In this document: in pieces, positions 25,401 through 37,421 of the stretch
Position numbering within the stretch: the stretch's first letter is position 1
Layout: each line of letters begins with the position of its first letter
Assembly (NCBI GenBank): GCA_036172245.1
Contig: JAYWIR010000059.1
Location: 372,001-436,000, forward strand
Direction: 5' to 3'
Source of the DNA: Raillietiella orientalis
Lineage: Eukaryota
Length of the DNA: 64,000 bases
Notes under the pieces: model-generated
The model's input: the letters and a program-made list of their open reading frames with translations, nothing else
Database searches by the model: none
Told to the model about the DNA's origin: nothing
Position numbers and translations under genes: made by a program

Positions 25401-28400
25401 GCATGGTAACCCTTAATCACAATGCTTTCCGACGCTCAAGAAAGTAAATCTTTGCGTTTCAAGAGATCTTTTTAGATATCTAAGATCAAACAACCTTGTA
25501 TCCAGCATCAGTTACAAGGGATCGAGATTGAAAGAGGTAAATCATGCAAGGTAAGCAAGACAAGTGCAGGTGCAAAAACACGTCATGTTGGGAGTTCAGA
25601 GATTTAGAAGGAGTCGAATGCAGTTCAGCTTAACGAAAAGCAGTTACCATCATCAGGGGGAATGCATAAATGAATAAGTTTCATAATTAAAAGTTAGGGT
25701 CAAAATGCTTGAAGTTTCTCGTGAGATGTTCATTCTGAATGATTTTAATATTAATTGAGGCGTAAATAAATGTAGGAAATTATCTCAAACGAATGATGAG
25801 AATGGCTGAAAGTTACTTCTCATTACGAAATAATAAAGAAAAGAAACTTAGAAATACTTTTACGCTTCAGAGAGATTCTTTGCCAAACTCGTAAGAAATC
25901 AGAGTAATCAGATGTTCTTTGATTTCTAGAAAGATCTGATACTAATTCGGGACTCGAGATAAATAACTTGGATCGACTGACTGCTACTGATTTCCGCCGT
26001 AATGAGCAGATGTGGAATGTTTAGTGGAAACCACTATCTCTCGTTCCTCCCCAAGCCTCATCTGACAGGCAAATTCGTCTGCAAAAGTGTATAGAAATGC
26101 GTTCAAGAAAGCACGAAATTTAGAAATCCTCGGTGGGTTTCATCTGAGCTTCGACCACTCAAGAAAAAGAGACAAACAGAGCCCTGGATGCAGGATTTAT
26201 CTTGGCCTCTCCGATTTCGTCTCCATGTATCCAGTATGCTCAACTCGATGTGGGTTTTGCTGCGTTTCCCTCCGCAGAAGAATTGCCAATTTCCGCCTAT
26301 AGTTTTTCATGCTTGACTGTTGCTGATGATTATAAAATCATGGACGATGGAGCGATTTTCGATGTTTCATTGATTCCCTGATTTCTCCCCCCCCTCCCCC
26401 CTCTTCCGCACTTGCGTTGATCTGCATATCGAGCATACGGAGCTTCATGAAGGAGGATTTCAACTGTGTCTGCCAAAAAAGAGCATCCAGCTCTTCTCTT
26501 AAAGGTGCTTTGCACTATTCGGAGCTGAATAGAGACCAAGAGAAACCATTTTCCCTTGCAGCCACTTAGCAGATGGGAACAGAGGAAATGGAAAAGGTGG
26601 GGTCAAGTATACTGGAACACATGCTGAATGTGGAAACCATCGGAATCTTTGGCGATTTCATTTGGCAACGCAATCAAAAAAAAGGAAAGCCAGTTCAATC
26701 CTGTGTGTGTATGTGGGGGAATAAATTGGTGCCTATTCATGCTCCCACATAGAACCAGGTATCCGCACGGTAACCTAACATGAAAGTGCTGCCCCAGGAG
26801 GTTGGGATGGCTACCCACCATGGGAAAGTTATGGGGATGAAATTCGGATTACGAAGTTTCCGAATTTAGAAGCAGAAAGCGAGTCGTGCTGAGAAACGAA
26901 AACCGTGAAGACTTGGATGGTCTGCTGGAATTTCCGACTGCCGGGAAACTTTGGCATCTAAAGTGCTAAGTTCGTATTTCTAGGAGCAAAAAGAAAAGAA
27001 AGAAACACAATTTGAGTTTTCGGTTTTGATGCACTCAGAAAAATGCTTTATCAAACTTCGAAGCCGGAACACAAAGGTGCTAGTTAGTCACGCATAGTGT
27101 ACAGACAGATGGTCTCGCGAGTATTGTGGGAATAAATGGCTTCTCTGCTGAGTACGGCCATCCGCCTAGTGGAGAAGACATGCAGCAGCTTTGAAGCCCC
27201 TAAATCCAGAAAAAAAGAACGTTTAGGCAGCTTGAGGCGGAGTCTGGCAAAGGATTCGTTCAGAGATCAATCCAGGTTGTCACTATGTAAGCGTAGTGGG
27301 TAACTTCACCATTCACTATAATTAACCATTAAGCGCACTCACGCCTTTGGATCCTGGGTTTCAAATTGAAGGTAATTAAGTGAAATCGAGTGCCAATTTT
27401 TACTGTGCGAGGACCAAATAGTGAATTCATGCTTGTTTTTAAGACGTACAAGCCATGAAAGGTCTGTTTCAAAGGTGGTAAAAGTAATCAGGCAATCAAA
27501 ATGTTGAGTACATCATTTTTTCTCAAACTGGATTATAAGAGAATCTATCTTCATCAAGATGCAGTAGATTTGATTGTATCATATGAATCAGTCTCATAGG
27601 AGACTGATTCCAGTGTATAATGGTTGTCCTTATGGAACAGGGAGGAATACCATCATCCATCATTAAGAAAAACACAAATGGGATGCAGGACTTGAACAGA
27701 GATCGGATAGTAGAAATCTGTGAGTGCGCAGTCCAAAGTTGCAGATATCTCGATTCAACAGCACTAAAAGAGCTGTCCCCAAAGAAAGGATATTCACGAT
27801 GAGATATTGAGTAAAATGGTAAAAGGATAAAATTTCCAATTCTTAACGACATCTGTTGTTTTGAGGGGCAATGTGCAAAAGGAGGAACATTCGAAAGGAC
27901 ATTTTGTTGAAATTTCACTGGATGCAACTCAATTGATTTGACTCTCCATTAGAAATTCTGACTTCTATGATTCTCGATGCTAGGAATCCAATGATTTCGA
28001 CACCTTTTAATTACCGAAGTCGAAATCTTTGTTTTAGAGAATTTGGAAGATGCATGGAACACACAGTCATTTCTTCAAAAACACTACCAAGAACAACATT
28101 TCTCTTATTCAGAATGAAAACTGGCAGTGTGCTCAGATGGATTAGAAGACAATGAAAAACATTGGATTCGTGACTGGATATCTAAAGATTCATATCTTTG
28201 GATTCAAGATCAAATTTGTCTTTTTTTTTTACAATGGCAATAGTGATGATTTTATTAATAGCCAGAGAAAAAAAAAGAATTTTTACAAGATCAAATGCTT
28301 TAGTTTTCCATTTCATCTGTGGCATATCATACTTTTTCTATCGCACCAGTACCGATAGATCTAAACTCCTAAAGGATAGCGTAGTCTAGTAACATTTAAA

Positions 28401-30915
28401 AGAATCCATAATAGCAAGAAGTCATCAGTAACTGCTGAATCATATCTGCCCACATCGCAGGATACAAGATCATATCGAATTTGCGAGTGAACTATGAAAC
28501 CGGGCAGCATGATTGCGGCAGGAGTGGTTTGAGAAAGAGGAAGAGAGGGAAGCAGTATTCGTGGATTGTCCATTAGCATGGCGCTTTTTTTATTTATCAC
28601 GACGTAAGTTCTTTTGCATGATGAACTCCGGTTCCACGTGCTTCTGGATCTGTTACTTGCTTTCCTATGAAAATGGAAAGCATTTGTGAACTCTGATCTT
28701 TCTCGGTTCACAAAGGTTTTAAGGATGTAAAAACCTATTGTGCTTCTCGCTTATATAGTGGAGATGGAATGATGCTTTTCTTCTTTTCCTCTTAGGAGCA
28801 GCACATCTTCTGCGGCATCCGCATTCGCAGTAGCTACAGCGGCTTCAGGAAATCCAAAAGAGCCGTTTACCCCTCGCCTCAGCAGGAAGACTGGTTTGAC
28901 TTCTGCCTCTAAAGAAAAGACCAAATCCACAACTGAAATGTTTGTATCGACTGCTGTTTTGATGAGAGTGCTAAGCGTCCTGCGCCATTGGATCTCGAAA
29001 CATCCACAGGTAAGGGTTTCCAAAATCTTTCACAATGGTTTCCTTCTTTCTAGGACTTTGAACAGGACACTCCGTTCAGAAATTTCACCATTGAATTCCT
29101 TGAAGACATAATAGGAGCACCTAACATTCTTCCTTCTGAGTATAAAGCTGCGTCGCATCTATTAATGCTGATTACAAAAGAAGCCCCCGCCCATAGCAAA
29201 GTTGACCTGAACTTGCTTCTAGCTCCTCCTTTGGTGAGTTCTTTCTGCCCTTTCGATGAAGATGCCTAGCAATCTTCCGTTCCCATCCGAAGACCCCCAC
29301 GAAGGAATCAGTGGAAACCATCAACGCTATTCGCATAGCAGAGCAGATGGCTTATCTGGACCACAAGATTTTCCTGGCAATCAGGAGCGAGTAAGTTCAC
29401 ATCTATGCTGAAAATCGCTGTCTTGATGCGGTGACAGTCGTTCGGCTGCTAACATTCAAGATGAAAACTCACATTCAAGTGCTGAAGTGGGTTCCCGATA
29501 TAAATGAACAACAAACCAGTCCTAAACTTTCTCCATTTTAAAGCGATGTTTGGAAAGAAATTAGATGAAAATCATTATCTTGAGTGATGCATTCAAAGCG
29601 CAGATTCCGCCTGTCGAATGACGAAAAGTGAAGTGACGGATCGCTGAACTCTTTGTTTCGTTGGAACCAAAGAAACACTTTCCAGCAGCAACGTTTATTT
29701 ATAAGCCTGTTTATTGGATCAGAAACTGATTGAATAAATAGGTTTACATACGCTGTCGTAAATTTCTTGTCTCACTCAAAGTAAATCGGTACTTGGCTTG
29801 GCACGCCACATTTTTCAGGCAGCACCATGGATCGGTTTACATAGAAGCGGGCGAGAAATAGCCACGGGTCAAAAGTACGGTGCGTGAATGAAAGCAGGTT
29901 GCAGAACAGTGATGAATTAGAAAATATCAAAATAGCAGCGGATTAGAATCGTATTGAAAATCTATAAGATCGTTTATACGAAATAGTGCTTGTGTGTTTG
30001 GAAAGAAAATGAGCTCATCAAAGAACTCAGACAAGGATCGGTCTCCCTTTTGGAAACCAAAGGAGAATTCAGAGTCTTTTTCCAAAAGAGAAATCGTTTC
30101 TGGATGGAATGACTCATTTGTTTGATATTTCGTTCACTAAGAGTGCCATTTGTTTTGTGAAGCACTTAGAAATTTTTGTATATATATTTAGATACGTATG
30201 AAAGCTGACCATTTTTTTTTTGTTCGAAACAGAAGCATCTTGATAGTAGACTTGTTATATTAATTTGAATTTCTTTGCTACGGGAAGATAAAATAAAACA
30301 TACATCTAGATATTTCTTGATCCAAAGCAGTGCTGTGCATTCCAGGAATGCTGACCTTACAAAAATGCAAACATTGCCATCACTCATTCCTTTATCTAAG
30401 AGTAAAATCCCAATCGAAGAATCCAATTCTAGAGAAGTAAATTCTCAAAGCTGCTGGCCAGATTAGTAGAGCGTACAGGAAAAAGGAATCGCTAACGATA
30501 TGGAAACAGAAGGTTTCTTCGTGGAGTAGTCGTTGAAGGCTTTGATTTGATACCCATTGGTCCATTAATATTGGAAAGAAATTCATTCGCTCTGCTTATG
30601 GCATTAGACAACAGAGAATGGCAAGACTACTCTTCGGTGTAAGTTATCTCGAAAAGTATGAGACTTTCCGGACTGATATGCCGAGAAAGATAGCTCACTT
30701 AATAGCATTCAAAATAAAGGAGACAACCAGGGTGGGAGGTGCGATCCCCCCCGTCCGGGGGAATCCCTCCTCAAGCGTGAGAGGAACGGACTCCGAGCCC
30801 TTCCTGGATTCATAGGGCGGACCCCCATCCCGGGGTGCCCCCTATCCTGAAGAATTACACGTCCCCCTGCGGGTTGCCGCGGGCGGAGGGGCGTGGAAAC
30901 AAAATAGTGTTTAAT

Positions 30916-30962
<47 letters not shown>

Positions 30963-33900
30963 CCACGTGCGCCGCGAGGCACGCGACCGACTCTGAGGTA
31001 CTTAGCGAACCAAATAAAGGAGGCGTAACAGCCTTATCCGATCATGATAGATCATCAACAAAGTGCATGATATTTGATGTCAGCCGCCGGATAGGATTCT
31101 TGGAAAAGTGCGAACATCCAAGATCAGCAGCAAGTGCAGATTTGATGAATTTAGCAGCAGGACCTTACGGGCAAAACCATCCTTGTGGCCTTGATTCTTC
31201 CAAAGGAAAGCCAAACACACATTTTTGGAGGAAAGACGGACTAATGAGTCTGCGGATCCAACTTACCTTCAATTGAAATCATTTTCCTCAGATCTTAAAT
31301 CACCAGTTTCTTTCCAAGTGACGGAATTCTTTCCTTAGGATTACAATGTAAGTTAGGCAAAACGAGCTTCGTCTCATCCGGCTATAAAAATTAATTGGCA
31401 AAACAAGGCCTTGAAGCCACTTCCGATGATTCAGCTTCTCGTTTCAGAAGCTTGTGATCTCGATCTTGCTCCAGTTTAAAATCAGTGAGGCGGGCAGAAG
31501 CAAAGTATAAGAAAAAATGACGTCAGCAAGGTTTAGAAGAATTTACCGAACTCTAAGGAGAGATCTTATCTTCTGAAGTGCCACAAGACACAGATTTCTT
31601 GCTCTCCTGATCAACTTCGAAGCAATACGAAGGAAAGCGGTACGGGAACACAACCAAGAAATTACCGAACATTTCTCCAATGTTCTGAGTGCGGGTCCTT
31701 GCAGACATACGCAAGTCCGACTCGGTAACCCATGATTCGACAGCAATTTCCTCGGGAATCAAGAAACAGGTGAACCTAATTGCGCTAAGGTACTCTTCAC
31801 TTTCTTGTTGACTTTAATCTCCTGTGTTTCCTCCCTGCTCGTCTTTCGGATTGGGAGCGATGGAGTGTTTACCGTCTCTTCGTATTCTTCTTTCACTCCA
31901 AGCAGCATGTTCACTATCATTACTAGTTGTTCGTCACTGGAGATGTTCTGGTTGACGGCACCCATGAGCTCGCGGAGCATTTCCCTGTTCTTAGGCACGA
32001 CCCTTTATGCCGGTACCTCGCAGAGCTGTTGAGTCTCCCGTCTCATCTCCCTCTTTCTCTTCTTTCTTTTCACTTCCGTAAATGCTGCCGCCGTGATGGC
32101 GGTTTCTTCTGTTAGGATCTTACTTTCTTTCCCTTGGTCCCTTTTTCCTGCTGTGACCTTTCAGGAATGCGGGGTATCCCCAGCATTTCTCTACAGTTGA
32201 CGTATCTCTCGCATTTCCTCTTCTCATACCCCGATAGAAGTAGCACATTTGCGGTTGCGTACTGATAAAGTGGCTCTGTTGACCACATCTAAAACACCTG
32301 GATCTTGGTCATGAACCGACCCTGAGGCTGAAAATCTTGCACCCTATGCAGAAGACTGGCTGTTGCCTGTACATTTATGAGTACCTCTTGAGAGTGGGCG
32401 TTGATGTTTGTCACTTTCTGAATCTTGACATCTCCATCCAGCTTCATTCTGGCGATTCCTTGACCATGTGGTTTCAGATTCCATATGCTTCGCTTTCTCG
32501 TACTGGGAAAGGTAGTCCCAGACCTTCCACTTTGTGACGTGGATGCTGATTCCTGACAAAAGCACCGTGTTGGTTGAGGAATCTTCTATTCCTCGTAGCA
32601 CGCGCCCATTGAAGTTAATCCCCATTTCTCGAGCTTTCGAACATCGGAAAGCTCGAGAAAAACCTGCCACCATGGCTTTTGTTCCGGATCACTCTTGGAG
32701 CTTCAAAGATGTACTGGTGCGGTCTCAGCACTAGTTCTGATAATTCTGCGAAAGTCCAACTAAATTCTTTTTAGAATTATTTCCTCGAGCAAGATTTCTT
32801 AATCGTGACAGCGATGCTTTCAATACATACGAAAAAAAAAGTGTGAAAAGATTCGGCGTAAGAAAAAGACTTTCTAGAGAACAGCTTTTCAGAGGATCCC
32901 CCAATGCAGTGGCTGCAGGTTCCCTTTCCTTCCACTTTCCGGTGTTTGCTTAGAGCTCTGCTTATCCACTTTATCTTTTTATCACACTTTTTTATCACGG
33001 CAGATGCTTTTCAAAGCCCATGTCTTGAATATTTATCTCCTTTCCGTTCGGAACTGAATTTGAGATTTCGAATTCTCTTTGCGTAAAATGCGGTAATTAG
33101 AGATGAAAAAGTTTTTAGCATGTTGTGTAAGATGAAGATTTCTCTTGGTCCATTAAGCTCCAAGTCAGTTTTATGATAACTCATGTTTTTGGTTCCTTGA
33201 AGAACTCTTAATTCATCTGATTACTTTATCATTTTTAGGGAGTTTCTCGAACAAAACTGGATGAAAACTGACAAGGCGACAAAGGCTCCGAATATTTTGC
33301 TGATGACCAAACGGTTCAATGAGGTAATTAATAAAATGCATCAATTGTTGATAGCTGCCAAGAATTGTGCTCATAGAAGTCAAAGCTCAATTCTTGTCAT
33401 TCAGAGCAAGTCCATGACACCTTTTGATTCTCAGACTGTTCGCTCTCTCTGTTTTTTGAAAAGAAAGAAAAATAGCAGCTACTGAATGCTTCCTATGAGT
33501 TTTTCATTTCGAGGAATCTTTAAAGCTTCGTTAGTTGCGCTTCCCGCATGTTTCTCGAAAGATAAATCGTTTCTTACTTGAAATTTGGTCCTTGGAGACA
33601 TGTTCAGAACGTCATTTTCAGAGAGTCTTTACTTACCCCTTAGAAACTGTACTGAAGGCTTGAACATTATGTTTCCCAAATCTGTCATTCTTTCAAAAAT
33701 TCCGCTCTATGAATACCTTCCAATAAAGAAACCTTCAGGCTAATATTGATACCTCGTTGCTTCTTATCTCATTCTTTTGGATACAGGACTAGGATAACTA
33801 TACTATTGTCCTTTAACTTCTGTTTTCAATTAGTTTCTTTGTTCCAAGCCATCTGACACATTTCTTTTTTTTTTTTTTTAACTTGTCTGACTTCATTCCA

Positions 33901-35392
33901 GAAAGTATGAGGATTTTTTCCTTAGGCAATTTACAAATTTTTCGGTCTCTATTTGCTTCATTCTGTGATCTACACATTCCTTGTTTTGGATTTCAAAATC
34001 CCAATGTGGGGAAAATAGGAGTTTTCAGATAGGATCATTTTCTCTCTGCTGCTTCATCGGTACTCGACTGATGAAAATACTCGTGGCACTGAAGAAGAAA
34101 AATGAGTTTTTAATGTGTGTTTTGCTTTAATCTGTCACCGCTCTCAGCTGTAGGTGACTCTTTCCGCAGCTGTAAGCCATCACGTAGCGTCTACCACTTT
34201 GCAGCGCTTGAGCTTTTAGAGTTTTGTCCTCATACAATCTGGCATGCTTATTTAACGTAAACAGAATTGTTAACTTGGATTCTTAATTAATTAGTGTTGA
34301 TTCCTCTCGATACCAAACTACTATTTTGAAATAGTATGATTTCTGAGGGACTAATAGATTTTTCTTCCGGATCAAAGGTTTGATTTTCTCCTCGGTGTCA
34401 TAAATCACAGCATTCATATTCTTTGGTACTCATTAGTGTTGGCACTCAGTTTAGTCCCAAAAAATTCAGAGAGTCCGCTGTTATTTAAGATGATTGCCAA
34501 TCATATAAACCTTTGCAGATTATAGATTAATCTGCTTTAGTTAGTGTATTTCCAAGAAATTAATGAGCCCACTTGTTGCAAGAAATAATAGATTGCTGGA
34601 TTCCTGTTATCACAAATAAGTTCTGGAAGCAAATCCTTACTTACAACGTAAGATAATTACGTTTACCAGTGATTTCTGCTTCAAAATAAAGAAATTTAAA
34701 TAAGAACAAGTAATGAATTTTTCAAGGTGTCCAGACTGGTTGCTTCAGAGATCATCAAACGTAAGGACTTTACCTCAAGGATCGCTGTTATAGAGAAATG
34801 GATTTCCATTGCCGATATCTCCAAAATGTTCCATAACTACAACGGAGTGCTGGAGATTTGCTCCGCCCTGAATAACAGTAGCATTCATAGACTGAAAAAG
34901 ACTTGGGAGAAAATTTCCAAAACGGTTTGTGGCCAGCTAATTGTGTGACTAAGATTTGGAGCAGGCTCGCAACACATACGATAAGCTTCAGATGTTGGTG
35001 TCTTCAGATGGTCGGTTCAGGAATATGCGTCACGCTTTGCACAGGTGTGATCCACCCTGCATTCCATACTTAGGACTCTATCTGAGTGATCTGTCCTTCA
35101 TTGAAGAGGGAACGCCAAATTATACAAAAGATGGATTGCTCAATTTCTCCAAAATGAGAATGGTATGAAAACATCTGCTCATTATCTTTTTTCATGACTG
35201 TGATGTCTGTTTTAGATTGCACATGTTATTCGAGAGGTTCAACACTTCCAGCATGCTCCTTACAAAATAGAATATGATCCCGTAGTGGCTAATTATCTGC
35301 TCGACAGATTTCTACTCTTAGATGATGCCACTTTGTATAAACTATCATTGGTGATAGAGCCAAAACTTCCTCGTTTATCAAGCATCTCATGA
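1292..35392 (+). CDS. RasGRF: Ras-specific guanine nucleotide-releasing factor (RasGRF1/2-like), multi-exon, 5' exons upstream of the window
   Basis: The spliced peptide [13 protein letters not shown]...[46 protein letters not shown] matches the RasGRF PH2/REM region. The CDC25 domain includes [34 protein letters not shown] and [36 protein letters not shown]...NFSKMRM. Splice phases are consistent for 1292-3541 and for 24055-35392. Confidence 0.95.
1530..1679 (+). CDS. RasGRF: RasGRF exon (PH2-REM linker)
   Basis: Follows a 44-nt intron; CVDNIQ...[18 protein letters not shown]|gtagg; 150 nt, phase 0-0. Confidence 0.92.
3336..3541 (+). CDS. RasGRF: RasGRF exon (REM N-terminal part)
   Basis: tttgcag|[40 protein letters not shown]...|gtaagt. 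Confidence 0.92.
7361..8200 (+). mobile_element. Structured non-coding retroposon, copy B (longest copy, about 840 bp)
   Basis: Homologous to copies A and C. Flanked by aaaaaaagaagt (7349-7360) and aaaaaaagtagt (8201-8212), with tt before the left repeat. Many hairpins, e.g. ggggtttcga..tcgaaacccc at 7496-7531 and ggtctg..cagacc at 8141-8196. No shared long ORF. Confidence 0.82.
9328..9825 (+). repeat. 498-bp direct repeat, copy 1
   Basis: Apparently identical to 14351-14848 (cagcaaatttggaac...ccgtacagatct); constant offset of 5023. Confidence 0.95.
14351..14848 (+). repeat. 498-bp direct repeat, copy 2
   Basis: Apparently identical to 9328-9825. Confidence 0.95.
16990..17340 (-). mobile_element. 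Possible decayed LINE 3' remnant (RNase H to C-terminal region, R1/LOA-like)
   Basis: 17211-17276 is a diverged copy of 20661-20726. Minus-strand fragments loosely resemble HS.V.GNE.AD and L.GFLTGH..LR motifs. Heavily broken. Confidence 0.3.
17817..18002 (+). CDS. RasGRF: Probable RasGRF exon (low-complexity insert within REM)
   Basis: Strong polypyrimidine tract plus tttcag acceptor; open frame (D)EEEKRDN...[18 protein letters not shown]; donor ag|gtatga. Its start phase (1) does not join 3541 (phase 2) directly. Confidence 0.5.
20400..21700 (-). mobile_element. Possible decayed LINE ORF2 remnant
   Basis: Minus-strand [19 protein letters not shown] resembles the post-RT P.L.YGS.VW motif; shares a 66-bp segment with 17211-17276. 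Confidence 0.35.
22479..22974 (+). repeat. Pair of ~53-bp diverged direct repeats (22479-22531 and 22921-22974) flanking an AT-rich spacer
   Basis: tttcttgccctt.cggca..tttttt.gaaaatccatgaagaaggtt.agtaa occurs twice. Confidence 0.8.
24055..24336 (+). CDS. RasGRF: Probable RasGRF exon (Ser-rich insert); 5' boundary uncertain
   Basis: [15 protein letters not shown]...[12 protein letters not shown]|gtaggt, in phase with the next exon across a 38-nt intron. Confidence 0.55.
24375..24502 (+). CDS. RasGRF: RasGRF exon ending at a GC donor
   Basis: IGHTRK...[19 protein letters not shown](R) joins in phase to [20 protein letters not shown] at 28796 via AG|gcaagc. Confidence 0.8.
28796..29009 (+). 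CDS. RasGRF: RasGRF exon (REM C-terminal part)
   Basis: cttag|..[20 protein letters not shown]...[21 protein letters not shown]|gtaagg. Confidence 0.92.
29054..29233 (+). CDS. RasGRF: RasGRF exon
   Basis: ctag|[20 protein letters not shown]...[15 protein letters not shown]...LLAPPL|gtgagt; 180 nt. Confidence 0.9.
29293..29390 (+). CDS. RasGRF: RasGRF exon (start of CDC25 domain)
   Basis: [32 protein letters not shown](E)|gtaagt; AAG acceptor. Confidence 0.88.
30723..31011 (+). mobile_element. Structured non-coding retroposon, copy C (5'-truncated, internal poly-A)
   Basis: Matches 8001-8197 of copy B (ggagacaaccagg, caagcgt.agaggaac, cttc.tggattcata.gg.gg, cta.c.tgaaga, gtacttagc..acca). 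Flanked by aaataaaggag at 30712-30722 and 31012-31022. Confidence 0.82.
31760..32700 (-). mobile_element. Decayed non-LTR retrotransposon ORF1 (RRM-like region plus CCHC zinc knuckles)
   Basis: Minus strand gives [11 protein letters not shown]...[11 protein letters not shown]...WDYLSQY, then [13 protein letters not shown] (CX2CX4H, about 32270-32308) and a degenerate VNC knuckle; frameshifts and stops. Confidence 0.55.
33239..33323 (+). CDS. RasGRF: RasGRF exon (CDC25)
   Basis: ttttag|[28 protein letters not shown]|gtaatt. Confidence 0.92.
34727..34924 (+). CDS. RasGRF: RasGRF exon (CDC25)
   Basis: [10 protein letters not shown]...[10 protein letters not shown]...[30 protein letters not shown]|gtttgt. 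Confidence 0.93.
34965..35162 (+). CDS. RasGRF: RasGRF exon (CDC25)
   Basis: Follows a 40-nt intron; [22 protein letters not shown]...[36 protein letters not shown]|gtatga. Confidence 0.93.
35216..35392 (+). CDS. RasGRF: RasGRF terminal coding exon
   Basis: tttag|[19 protein letters not shown]...[19 protein letters not shown] (TGA 35390-35392). Confidence 0.93.
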   Translation: MAHVIREVQHFQHAPYKIEYDPVVANYLLDRFLLLDDATLYKLSLVIEPKLPRLSSIS

Positions 35393-37254
35393 TGAAATCC
35401 TTTTTCCATTTTTCGACTCCTTCATTCTTATCATACGCTTAATCTCATGCTAACATTTCAATGCTGCTCCTTCAAGGCTGGAATTTCAAATGAATTGCAA
35501 TTTGAAAAGAATGAGAGGATTTCGTGTCTCATGGGCACAGGGTCTTAAAATGACAAGAAACTGCTCATCCCACCCTTTTCTGGGACACTGCGGCCCCTTC
35601 GTTGAACTGGATGATTTTTGCAATTTTTAATGTTTAGATCTTCTTCTGACAATCTGAGTAGTCTTCAAATATGTAAACAAATAAGCAACATTCTTTATAG
35701 CTGATGAGTATGAGGAAAATAAAGCATCATTATTCCTCAATAAGCATGCAGTTGATCATTCATGTCATCTTGTAACAACTTAGCTCCAGTTTCATAGATA
35801 CAGAACACTTAGTATAAATAAAGATATCAAAGACAAAAGCAATCTTTCGTTTTTTTTTCCCCCCCATTGAATAGAGTCCAGCACAAATATTAGGGTTGGA
35901 AACAAGCAGTGGTTTTATGAATACATACATACATACATATATATGTTGCTCTTCTGGAAATTCATCCGATTTTCTTGATGGGGCCAATCGTAGCACTTCT
36001 CTGTTTGACAAATGTAAAATGAATAGGAGCATGAAAAGCTTTCGCAAAATTTACGTTTAATATGAATAAGAATCATTAATATGAATCAGAATAAATTTCA
36101 AACTGGAACTCTCAGCGATTATCATAAAATGAGACTTAGCGAGAGTCAATTAATATGCTATAGGAATTGAGATTTCCTGCTGATCATTTTTAATACACAG
36201 GCGACAATTCCTCTTTTAGAAGCCACTTTCTTGAAATTATGTCACGCAATTCCTAGTTTTCAATCCCGAAACTGTCTGAGGACTTTGAAAGATTTTTGTT
36301 AAAAGAACTATAAAAGCTTATAGCCTTAGACGAAAAAAAAAATAGCCTTAGACGAAAAAAAAAAGGATAATTCCCTTTCTTAGATTCACTTTTCATTGGT
36401 TTCCAGCTCTTCGACAGTCCCATATATCGTTACTCAAACAGAAGGACCTTCTTCCCTATTTCGTCATTCTTTACTTGGTCAGAATTCGTTTTTGCACTCG
36501 CAGTGCGAAAAATTAACAGATTCTCCAGGAGCAGGGAAAGGTGTCTGTTTTTGGTACTTGTTCTGCAGAGAGTTGCAGAGCAGGGGATGCTGGCAAAGTT
36601 CACGAAAAAGCTCAGAAGAGCTTGCATTTAATGCGGAATGCTGCGTTACACAGGAGCATCTTTTGTATCCTCTAAATCATATAAAAAACGACACAAGGAC
36701 TTGCCAGTATCCAAGTAGTGCTCTGGAGTTGCAGTCTCTTTGGTGCACTTCAGCGAAATCAATAGACGTGGTCACACTAAAGTTATGAGCGATTTCCTAC
36801 AAGGATGTTTATCCTCTTCAGTGCTGCACATTTGAAAAATGGGAAGGAATCTATTCTATGGGAGAAAATACTGGGAAGAGAGATGAAAAGAGAGATTCCG
36901 GGAAGCAATATAGCTTACTGTCACTGAGGAAAACACACAAAAGTGCTTAAGAAAGGAAGAATAAAGTTGTAAACTTCCATGCCGGATTTAAAAAAAACAA
37001 ACACTGAAACTGAATTCTGCTATAAAAAAGAACAACTCAGATGCCGGAAAAACTTGTGGTGATTTCGGGATTGAGGAAAGCATGGAACAGAATTTCACGA
37101 TATCAAGGTACTTCCATTTTCATGAGTCCACGTATACTCCTCAGGCATGTTTCACAAATGGGGGCTTTTTAATATCAAGAGTCGTAACGAAATTGCCATT
37201 TTTCTTACTGCACCTTCATATGCTTTTTGCAGCTTAGCTTATCCGTATCGAATG

Positions 37255-37421
37255 GATTGCTAGATTCCTGTTATCACAAATAAGTTCTGAAAGCAATTCC
37301 TTGCTTACAACGTAAGATAATTACGCTTACTAATTATTTCTGCTTCAAAATAAAGAAATTTAAATAAGAACTAGTAATGAATTCTTCAAGGTGTCCACAC
37401 TGGTTGCTTCAGAGATCATCA
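37255..37421 (+). pseudogene. Duplicated fragment of a RasGRF intron end plus the first ~31 nt of exon 34727
   Basis: Diverged copy of 34591-34757, including the acceptor ttcaag|gtgtcca.actggttgcttcagagatcatca. Confidence 0.9.

Noticed and set aside
30800..30900. Hammerhead-like layout in copy C: attc-ataggg..ccctat-c-CTGAAGA..cacg/cgtg-GAAAC
   Set aside because: Extra nucleotides sit before and after CUGANGA, stem III does not pair (UUC versus GAAAC), and copy B has TTGAAGA and no GAAA. Not a canonical hammerhead.
30914..31276. Poly-Lys ORF
   Set aside because: Translation of the poly-A tract in copy C.
36321..36364. Tandem duplication tagccttagacg(A)n x2, plus RY microsatellite at about 41410-41465
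   Set aside because: Ordinary slippage-type simple repeats.
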